From Bugula neritina (lineage: Eukaryota; Animalia; Bryozoa): 64,000 nucleotides of DNA. Positions 42,201-53,000 of the stretch are shown here, one piece after another. The notes beneath the pieces were generated by a model. That model searched no databases, was not told where the DNA came from, and saw only the letters and a list, made by a program, of their open reading frames with translations. Location of the stretch: assembly GCA_964035545.1 (NCBI GenBank), contig OZ037767.1, positions 6,526,707-6,590,706 of the forward strand, read 5' to 3'. Within the stretch, counting starts at the first letter, position 1. Each line of letters opens with the position of its first letter. The position numbers and the translations under genes are program-made.

Positions 42201-45200
42201 AACTAATTTCTACCATGTTTATTATATTACAATAGTTTACAATATATAAATATGCTTTAAAGTCTACAACACAAATTCACACTAATACACAAACATACAA
42301 ACTAGAATGCATAAAAATATATTGACATGCATATTAACATGCACATTATGCAGTATAATTTACTTAATCACTGCTGTACACTATTTATACACTTATATAT
42401 ATATATACTAATGTTTATATATAAGAATCAACACAATTCCTGCAGTTCTTACAAATCTTTCATTTACCAAATGAAGTTTGTCTTCTTACCAAATTGTTTT
42501 TGTAGTGTTTCAGCATTGAGGTTGGCTACATCGGAGTTTTCCATCCAATTGACGCTGTACAGATCTCCCAGGTAGGTTTCCAAGTGTGAGTCATAGTAGC
42601 AAGCATAACTAGACTCTTTGGGATTTGCTGCTGTCGTGGTGTACACTACAAGATGTTGATCAATGCTACAATCTTGGGTTATAGAAAAATTAAACTACAA
42701 TATTCATTGATACTGACAGGAAAACTTGAGGCACAATTGTAAAAATACAAATATATTAATATTTTAAGAGAAGTAATGGCAAAATGCATGTAATTTAGTT
42801 CCTAATTTTTCAGGAATTTTGATTTGTGCATAATTATTCAAATTCTAGTACTGTAGGAACATTACCTGCGTTGCTGCAATTTTTATTTAAAAAGACAAAA
42901 TTTTCAAAATTCTCCATTACTACACTTAGTGCACCTTCTGCATCTTACAGAAGTGCAGTACGTCACAAGAACACTAAGGTCAAGTATGTGTAGACAAAGC
43001 TAATAACTCGGTACCATTTAGCTTTTACAGTATGCTCAAAGAGAAGTTGTGGTAATTACAGTTGAATCTACATACAATTCAGCATTATACTGAAGTAATG
43101 ACATTTTGTGAACAGCCACTGAAGTTCCATATCAGCTGTGATTATTGATTCTAGCTGCACTTATATAAAGTGTAGGTAAGATGAGACTGCTATTTACCAT
43201 TGATATCGTCAGGAAGGAGGCCTTTGAACATTGACCCAGATTCACACGACTCCAAATAGAATAGCATCTACAAAATAGCATAGTTCAAAATATTTATACT
43301 TTATAAAAGAGGTTAATAATTTGATAAATCTGTATATCCGCAAGCATATGCAAAAATGCTCATATTATTCAACTTCAAAATATGGTGACTTAGATAAAGT
43401 TTGCTTGTTACAAGGTTTAAAGTTATGTGCTTTAACGGATGCATTGGTGACACTATACTTGATGTGGTAATGTCAACAACCATAAGATGTTGACTAGGGA
43501 ACTTAAATGACTCTCTACTGTAGAAAATCTTAATCCTTTAGTCACTTTTTCAGCTCAGTGTTCGAGGCACTATAAAACTAATATTAATTATTGCTGATTT
43601 TATTGGCTCTCATTCTTTGTTGCTGCAGCATTCAGATTAATTACTAAGCTGACTTAAATGTTTAGAACACAGGTTATACATGCTGCTAAGTAAGAAAACA
43701 AATGAAACTTATATACGCTGCTATAATATGGATGTCAGGAGTCAAAGTTAGCAGCAATTGGTATCAGTTCTACATGATATAGTACCTTGGACACTAAACC
43801 AGAATAAGTGTCATCAGCAAGTGAGCTGTACGCACAAAATTTAATATAAAAACCAACAAGTTTGGGCATACTACCCTGAAGTTGTCAATGCTGCATAAAT
43901 GTAATGTGTCAGAGATTCTTTAATAATCATTGCATGAACATTGCTTTCCATATTTGAGCATTTATAGCAGCATATTATATTAAGTTGAGTTTTACTAGTC
44001 ATTACAACTCAAATCAAAACTCACAACTTATAGTTTGTGATGCTATAATATGACCAGAAATACCTGAGAAAATTTGTTTTCCTTATGCATGTTTAAGATT
44101 GCAGCCATCAAGTCCCTGGCCTTCAGGATTTTATTGTTAGGCATTCCAATCAGACCTGGTGCTCCGTGGTCAACAAAGTTGACAAACACATTGTCATTGG
44201 GACCACTGAAACATGGTACTCTTAGTTTAATTGCTACAGTAGCACTCACTGTGAAAAACAGTTATATTTTAACATATGTAAGTATTTTGTTGAATAGCAT
44301 AACTAACTTATATATAAGAATAGATTTGAGATAGAGATAAAAAGGGTGTCATGTACTTGAGTACTGTTGAAAAAGCTCATTATCTGTAGTTGAAAAAAAG
44401 AATATTATAACAATAAGATACATAATGCACTCAACTCAAAACACAATGAATTTCTATATACCTGACCTTTTGACATTAAACTTAGCAGAAGCAGAATCAT
44501 AGCACTTTATTTATCTTTTTATGGCCTATCAACCCCCACTACACATTATCTTTAAGTATATGGTTCATGTTACATCATCGTCCCAAAACACTCATGTCGT
44601 GGCATAATAAAAAAATTGCATTACGTTATCATTAGGTTTTATACACTGTAGATAGGGGATGTCATGTGATTGTAATGTTTTGTTTATAGATTAGTATGTG
44701 ATGGATCTGTTTCAAAAATTGCAATTATGTTTGTGCATGCTCCACCAGACAACAATTAATAAACTTCAGTCAAATATTCCTATTAGTCTAAAATAGTCTC
44801 AATAAATTATAATTCGTATAAGCATATTTTCATTCTAATATATAGGAGATAACAGATCGAGCTGATTAAATCTTGAACTATAATAATATATAGTATAACA
44901 TATTTAAGAAAATATTATACAGATGAATATAAATGATGATATTCTTGCCAATAGCTTCAGCTAAAAATAAAGAACAAGTCTAATTTCAGAAAAGGTACCT
45001 ATTTATAACTCTTCCACTGCCAATTCCTTTAACTTCTTCCTGTTTGCCTTGAAGCACGTTTAGGAAAACTTCTGGTGATACGTCCTGCAGTAGGAAAAGA
45101 CACTCTAGAACATTCTAATTCATAGTTAATTCTAGTTTTTCATGGTAAATCGGTAAATAAAGTTCAGGTGCATCAATGCATTAACAATTACAGCATGCAG

Positions 45201-47050
45201 TATTGAAAAATTTGAGAAAACCTATAGTAAATGAAAAATACTGCAAAGGTATTATGTTCTCTAGAAAATTTCAACCTTTAACTTTAAATAATTAAAAATT
45301 AATAATTATAAAATTTTTGAATGTTTTTTTGTAATTGGAGAAAATAGTGTTACCATGTGATGATTGGTACTATGCATAGATTACAAACTTTCTATGTTGT
45401 GTATAATTATGCTGAAAGTTAAAAGTGAGCTACAATTTGAAGGTAAAAACATTTGGTAATCATAGCAGCACTGCATTCAATTATATTTGTTCTTTTAATG
45501 ACTCAGAAAAGTATATCAATCAATGTGTGTTACTACCTCTTGTCTGTAGTCTATCTTCACTCCAGGATACACATTTTTACCACCTGGGCGATTGATTATA
45601 ACACCTTTATCCGGATTTCTGTGAGAAAAGTTACATAACACAGCTTATAAGTTTGAACTCTGCATGCCATATTACAATTTATAAGCTAAAGTCTAAAATG
45701 GCAAATGCAGTCATGAGAAATAGAAAAACCTGTGTACTAAAAGAGTGATTACAGAAACATCTGTGTTCTCACAAAAATCTAAATCAATGTCTTAAGTCAA
45801 AATTTGTAAAATAAAAAAGATAGCCCGCATAGGAAAGTTCTGCATTACTGCACCATGATGATTGTACTATAATGCTTTCAAATGCACAGATAGACTTAAA
45901 TGTTCAAGAAAAATACTCAAGCCATAATAAAAAAAAACTATCAAGCTGCAGGGCTAATATATTTAATTATATTTGTGAAATGTTAAATGTTAGAAAGCAA
46001 ATTGAGCAAATGATTATTATTAGTAATTTATTTTTGATAAAAGCCCCATTATATTATATCAACATATCGAACCTTAGGTATTATTCTAGTTACTTACTCA
46101 GAACTGTAAGCTATGTCATCATACATCATAACAACAATGTTCTCTTCGGGTACTCCATGATCTCTAAGCACATGGTAGGCGTGGCAAATATCAGCCTAGT
46201 ACAGTGTAAAGCATGTTACAGCATATGACCCACAAATGTAAGCATATAATAAAATTATACTGCTAAAATTACCCTGAACTCGAAATTAAATTTAAATATA
46301 TTATATTTTATTTCCTTTTGTTATCTGCAATATGGAATACAGATCGGTGTGTCCGCCAATACTGGCTATAATATAACAGAGTGGTGGTTGTATTTGATAA
46401 GTTTTTTTAATTTAGCAATCTGCGTGCAGGGTTTGGATTTTACGTGACATTTTTGATATGAACTAATAATCAAGTTACTAGGGTTGCTATAATGTATAGC
46501 AAAATAATATAATGAAAAAAATTCTGAATAGGAAAAATAATGAGGATAGTAGCTATCCAACAAAACTAGTAAATATAAAGTAGAGTGTACAAGTATTTAA
46601 ACATACAAAAACCAGTACGTAATGGAGAAATTGAGAAAAGCCTGTGTTCTAGATTATAAATGTAGCATAAGAAGTTTTGATTCCAATTTAATTGAAATCA
46701 AAAGAAGAATTAAGCTATTAAAATGTCTCCGCTACTGCACTTAAATGAAAAGTTATGCGATTATTGATGGTAGTTTAATGTAATATATCAAATAACCCAT
46801 TTTTAAATATTTATGTGCTATATTATAATGCAAAGCATTATAATAATATGAATTATAACGTATACTCTAAAATTTTATTACTTTATTATATTATGTTAAT
46901 TATATGACTTACTTGATGTCTATAGTTGAAGAACCCGTTAGATCCAGCTATTAATAGTGCCCAGTTTTTCCCTCCATTCTCCAATTGTTTAGTGCAGCTT
47001 GTTTCAAGCAAAAGCACAAGGAATAATGAAAGTTGTAAAATCAACTTCAT
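39264..47050 (-). CDS. LGMN: Legumain (asparaginyl endopeptidase, peptidase C13), about 431 aa
   Basis: 11 exons: 47050-46913, 46195-46098, 45618-45537, 45084-44999, 44205-44064, 43267-43198, 42645-42490, 41453-41323, 40995-40882, 40339-40172 and 39374-39264 (1296 nt). Signal peptide; [22 protein letters not shown]; catalytic DHG and ESCESGS; SSYACY; [14 protein letters not shown]; C-terminal prodomain cysteines. Confidence 0.96.
41698..41745. repeat. Direct tandem duplication, 24 bp x2, in a legumain intron
   Basis: acttagaagttgtttgctcctgtt occurs twice in tandem. Confidence 0.85.
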
Positions 47051-47551
47051 TGTGAAAATCAGAAAGTATGAGTTAACTAGTTTAACTTGGCAATCGGTAA
47101 ATGAGTAGCTGCAGTGTAAAAATAGGAATGAGTATAAATACTGATAAGTCAGCTTTTATATGCTAAATTCTATCAGATCTCAAGTGTGCAGATAATACTG
47201 TATCAAATCTTACCAGCATAAAGGGACTCAATTTTAGCAACAAAATTTTCTTAATATGTTGAAATTTTAAGGCCAAGAATAATTTCTTTGACTTATTATC
47301 AGTAGCAGAAAAGTATTTCTCAATTTCTTAAACATATTTTTAACAAAGATAGAAGAAGTCTAAGGTTATACCTGATATCCTAAGGTAATAAAATTCTGTT
47401 GCTACAACATTCATGTTTCCATTTTGGTTTGAATATGCATTTCCAGCTGTCTCCGTTTACCTAGCCTTCTTTTGACAATTATCTTTTTCCATTTAGCATA
47501 GGCTAAGGGGCATTAAAATCAAAACAAGTTGAGGTGCTGAATTCCCTATAG

Positions 47552-47728
47552 CAGCGGTATCCAACCTTTTTAAGTGCCACTGAAAGGAAATATCTAGAGC
47601 CACATTGTAAACTTTAGCTTGAGCTGGGGGCCACAGCATGAGTATTTTTCAAAACACTTTATTCCAATTTCTTATAAATCCTTACTGAATAAAGTTACTG
47701 CAAGCTGCAGCATGGTTGAGAACACTTG
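47552..47728. mobile_element. hAT (Charlie-like) MITE remnant
   Basis: Imperfect TIRs cagcggtatccaacc / ggttgagaacacttg and internal gccaca motifs. No clear TSD. Confidence 0.5.
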
Positions 47729-47789
47729 TTTGTCGTACCCTATTGTATAATTTGTTTAATTACCACTGCTCACATTATTTTGTCTACTC

Positions 47790-48036
47790 AAGTTATTTAT
47801 AGAGATACTTGTACTATTGTGCATTTACTAGACAGCACCTATATTCTGTAATGTGAAATAATATACATTGTTTTCTTATATATTACTGCTTGAGCTGTCT
47901 ATTAATACACAACAATGTATTAATATACTTTCCGGAAAGTAACATAAGAAAACAATGCATATTATAGTGTTGACATAAAAAAATTGGCATATAATTTATA
48001 TAATAATAAGCAGGAAAGTGTATCTTTGTAAATAAT
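47790..48036. repeat. Long imperfect palindrome (old foldback/MITE)
   Basis: Nested inverted pairs: tattaataca/tgtattaata at the centre, cattgttttcttat/ataagaaaacaatg, and ttatttatagagatac/gtatctttgtaaataa. Confidence 0.65.
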
Positions 48037-48515
48037 CAATTCGCTTTATTTTAATATCAGTACCTACCCTAGAATAGTGGATCAAGAAGGATGGATTAAG
48101 GGATTTATTTCAAAATATTATATTTAGTAATTAGTGTTTACTCATTCAGGTGCAAAGGATAATACTTACATAATATATTCTACTAGCTAGTTTCTTAGAC
48201 TGCTTTACAGTTATGTATGGATTCTAGGGCTCGAAGCACATAACTTTGTGAGTTGTGCAATTTTTGGAGCTATTTGAAAGCAAGCATTACCTACAGCACA
48301 GCCTATTCCTCATCTACAATACACAAATCATCAACACGTATAGGCTAAAGACGATTGCGTATAGACCATATTATCCAGATTTTTTTATTCTTGTTATATA
48401 TTCATAATATGTTTTATTGTAGTGTACAAGCTTTACGAGCAAAAGCTATATAACGCCTTGAGATAAAAAAAATCTAATGCTTTATGTACATACTGTTTGA
48501 CACACTTTTTTACAG

Positions 48516-48529
48516 CTCACCCTAGTAAC
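48516..48529 (+). promoter_or_regulatory. Candidate RFX X-box upstream of DNAH10
   Basis: CTCACCCTAGTAAC matches GTNRCC-N2-RGYAAC except at the first base. It lies in a CpG-enriched stretch upstream of a ciliary gene. Confidence 0.3.
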
Positions 48530-49079
48530 ATATTCTATGCCGAATAAATCTTATATATTCATAATAATATTATAATACTACAGTTACGATTTTCCTACGA
48601 GTTGCTATTGTAGGCTATAGCAAAACATTACGCGAGACTAGCCGATTTACGACAACTACAACTCACGAAACTAATGTAAACACGTATTACTCACAAAACA
48701 CATCTGCTACTAAATTTTGTTTTAAGTTATATCTATAACATTAAAATGCGTAGTTTAGATAGAATTATTCAAAATGAACTAAATTTTTTGCCAACATGCT
48801 GGAAGTGGGCATTAATACAATAACTTTGGGAAAAACGCAACGTATCAGCGCGGCTAATTAAAATTTGATCCACGTGAAGGAACCCGGGTTATAGTGAATT
48901 GTAGTACTAGTAGTATACATTCCAATCTCAACGTGAATAATATAATGTTCTTGTTATATAATTACAAAGCCTAGAAGCTCATAATTATTACCATATCATC
49001 AGTAATTTTCAGCAACAAAACGGTTATGGTATGTTGCATATTATTATCATTAGGTAACAACTCTTAATTTAATTATCTC

Positions 49080-49445
49080 TCAATTTGAATTCAAATTGAA
49101 ATTCAAATTGACTTTTCATTTTCATTTTGAAAACGAAATTCGAATTGAATGTTCATAAATCATGACCATAGGCATGTTCATGTGGATATTAAACTTAAAG
49201 CTAAAGTTAGTGCCATACTAATACTTATAATTATTGTTAATGACCTACTCACTCTCACTCTGAAATTTCTGAAATTGAATATCATTGTCATTGTGATTCA
49301 GATTGTGAATGATTGTTGCCAGTATTGGTATCAAACTCAATTTGAATGTAAATCAAAATGTTTAGTTCCTTCAACTTAAATTTTTGTTCTTGTATGATTT
49401 GGTTGTATGGCAATCATGCAGTCACAATCACAATTACAATAAAAC
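49080..49445. repeat. Period-6 low-complexity tract with progressively changing unit
   Basis: Successive hexamers such as gaccat aggcat gttcat gtggat attaaa cttaaa gctaaa gttagt gccata ctaata cttata. Confidence 0.65.
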
Positions 49446-49703
49446 AATGTGAATGAGACAATAGGTAGCTCTAGCAGTAGCAGTGTGATAATTTGTGGGT
49501 TGTCAATAAAACCAAGCTGATGTGAACATAAACCTCTTTGTTATGAGAGAGCAAACAGGTTGCCAGTTAATTAGCACTTTAATAAAAGTCATGCTACAAA
49601 AGAGACCCAGATGTGGTCTTGCACAACTGATCCATAAGTATAGTAAATAGCAGAAGTATTCAATGAGAGCTTCTAGGCTTGCACTGCCTAGAGACTGGCG
49701 AGC

Positions 49704-49897
49704 TCCTACTTATATATAAGAATCTCTCCAAATGGAGATCCGACTTTGGGCCGCATTTGGGGCGCCTGACTGGCGTTCGGGTGTCCGAATCGAACGCCTG
49801 GTTTAGAATCGATCGGAATGGGGGACACCAATCACAGTCGGGCGTTCGATTCCTCGGAATCGAACATCCCGAATAATTTTAAGGGGGTGGGGAGGGG
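49704..49897 (+). mobile_element. GC-rich hairpin cassette, possibly a non-autonomous Helitron 5' fragment
   Basis: Starts TCCTACTTATATATAAG. Hairpins at 49772-49798 and 49844-49865. Confidence 0.4.
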
Positions 49898-50049
49898 TCT
49901 GACTTGCAAATTGTGACCAAATTATGGCAATCAATTTCAATGCAAAGACTAATTGGTTAAATATTTACCAAGAGGTAAAATTTGTCACATTTATATTTTT
50001 GTAGGTGGTCTGTAGATGTTGAATTACGGAAGGCTTTTAAAAATATAAA

Positions 50050-53000
50050 ATGGATGATTTACGGCTGGAATGGCTTGGAAAGAAAATCAACTTGGCGCTT
50101 GGCCTAAATAACAATAGTGTATTTGAAGAGTTTCTGCTCAGTGGAACAAATGAAGAAGATTTGAACAGATTTCTGTCAACTCCAAACACGTCTGATAATA
50201 ACAAATCAGTTTTCTTTTTTACTGAAAAGAAAAACGTGGAAGTCGAAGAAGAGATTGAAGTTGTTGTTGGTAATTTTTCTAAGTATTTAAACTGGTTTTA
50301 TTTTTGTCTTCATTTTTGTGTATTTGAACGCATCACAAAAAATCAACCTGAATGCATTCCATGATGATTGAAATGTGCCTACACAATTTCGTTTTTTTAA
50401 ATTACGAACGTGATTGATAATAAATTTCATTTAGTGATGGCATTCATACTATAGTCGAAATTGCACAATGCATACATACTGTTGATTGACTTTCTGGTAA
50501 AACGTGAGCACAAAATATAATTTTTAAAAAAGTTCGGTATCAACAAACTGCTTTACTCCCTTGTAGAGGAAAAAAGAGACTCATACAAATTGTTCAGTAG
50601 ACTTCCTTCTCTGTCTGAGAATAAGAAACACTCTCAAGATGAAAGCGCTAAGCCGGAGTCTGCTGCTGGGACAGAGATCTCTGCCAACCCTTCCAACCAA
50701 GGACGCAGACAGAGCAGGAGGAAAACAGTGAGCCTCGCATTGTCAGAGAAACCTCAGGCTTCGTCCAAACTTCTAACTGCTGTCAGTGAGCAATCTGCTG
50801 ACGAAGAGTCTGTAACAGGCGCCCAAACTCCTAACTCGGTCTCTGATAGGAAGACCAAAAAGCAAAATCGAAATAAAAAGAATAAAAAGGGAAAAAGTTG
50901 GTATTTTAACTAGAAACAAATAATTTTTGTTACCTCTCTATATTAATCATTATAATGTTAGCAAAATTTTAATTTCGAAATTGATCTTGCAGTTTTTTTG
51001 TACTTTACTGTGATAACAGTAGCTAGCTGTTGACGGTATTAATAAACATACGGAGTTTTGAGCAGACTGGTGGTGCATTAATGAGTATCATAATGGCAGT
51101 TGCAGTAAAAAAACTTTGGCTGTTATTCTTTCCTAGAAAAAAGTAGAAGTCCATCGCTGGCCAAGGTTCCATCCCAACCTCAAGAGTTACCTCAAATCCC
51201 TGAACCAATCATCCCTGAAGAAGATTTGACAATTCCCGAGTTGCCAGAACCCAAAATAGTAAAGGTATTACCACTGTAAAATATTTCCTCTAGTTAACTG
51301 CCCTATGCATGTGTAATGCATTATAGATTGTCATTGTTCTCAATTTTGGTCGATTGTCGAAGTTTGTGAGTAGCAAAAGTAATTATATTAAAGAATATGT
51401 TTTGTTGATGATTCTTCATTGACAATTATTTCATGTCATAGTATTTTACTATTCGTAGAAAACAGTGAAAGTGATTAAACAAACAATTCAGCTAAACATG
51501 GCCCTGGGAACGCCGTCAGATAGTTTCTATAGAGCGGAGATGGGTGTTCATTTCTCGCGAGTTGGCGACGGATTTATACCGGATGCTACTACTACTGAAG
51601 AGGCTAATGTTTTCATGTGTAGAGGTTTAGAAATGGGGACAGTTAATCAAAACTACATATCTACTTTGGACAACCTGCTGGAACATGTATGCAGCTTCCC
51701 CTTTACTCTTCTTCATGTTTTCCCTTTAAACTCTTGCGTATTATTCAATACACCATTTTAAGTCCAAAATGTAGAAATTTTGAATACTTTTCGCAATTTA
51801 CGTCAACAAATTTTTAACTTAGAAACAGGGCTTCATGTTCCATTTTTCACAGGCGCTATAATTTGGGTCTAAGCTTGGACAATATCAGGACAAATCACCT
51901 TGATGATATTTATCTGCCTGTTTGGTATGATTTTGAAAACATTGCATAGAGAAAGATTTATGAAAAATTGGAAGATTACTGTGGGGTTATAGTTATGACT
52001 TTATCTTTAGCTCTTCTTACCATCGCTTGGATATGATAGTAAAAGATACAGTCAGGCTGAGCAGGAGAGGTTAAAGAAGAAAGAAGATGGAAATCATGTG
52101 GTGAATACGAGAGATGAGTTTTACAGTGCTCTGATGCGTTTGTCTGGAGTAATGAAGCAGACGTCAGAGCAATTAGAAGGTTGGTGTGCTCCAACTCTGG
52201 TCAGTGTTATGTAGAGCAAACTCTTGATTATCAGTTTCTAAATAGATGTCAATAATCATCAACAGAACATAATATAACAGATGCCAAGCTAATCTTAGTT
52301 ATTATTCATCATCAGGCAAGGGATGTGTATGCATAGAGATATCTTTGCTATTTGATAGGAACATTCTATTATAATTGTAATGTTTCGTTTTTGTGTGTTT
52401 GCTGGGTAATAATCAAGTTGAGACCTTTGGAATAATGTATCGTAAAGTTCATATTGTAAAGTGTACAGCTTGACAGCATAGAAAGAACCGACTCTAATAA
52501 TAAGTATAAGATATATATATAACAGGAATGAACCACAATTCTGGTACATGATATTTATTAATAGCATATGACTGTTTGGTATATAAATAACTCAGCTAGC
52601 AAACAACATTATACTAGAATACCTTAGTTTTTTATTGATATAAATCAAGTTGCACATCAAATCCCATTGAATATGACTAATTACAAGCCTAATTTCATAT
52701 TGTTAAAACTATTCACATCTAGAGCTTTAGCATTACACTTAGTTGGTGTATACTGTATATGATTGTAGGCACTGTTACACTGAGTCCCCCTGACCTGCCC
52801 TGCTCTATCAGTTCTGTGATGGAGGAGAACTTGAACAAAACGGCTCTGATGACCTCCATTCAGACGACAGCAAGCAGCTGGTTCACTAACTTGTCAGCAG
52901 CGCTAGCCAATCAGCTTCAGGCTGAACCCAAAGGGAAAGGCCCTCTGGCAGAGATCTCATACTGGAGGGAACGACATGCCAACTTGAGTGCCCTGGATGA

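Noticed and set aside
49679-49876. 65-aa ORF or tRNA gene upstream of DNAH10
   Set aside because: The ORF starts at TTG and arises from the GC-rich hairpin cassette. A B-box is present but there is no cloverleaf.
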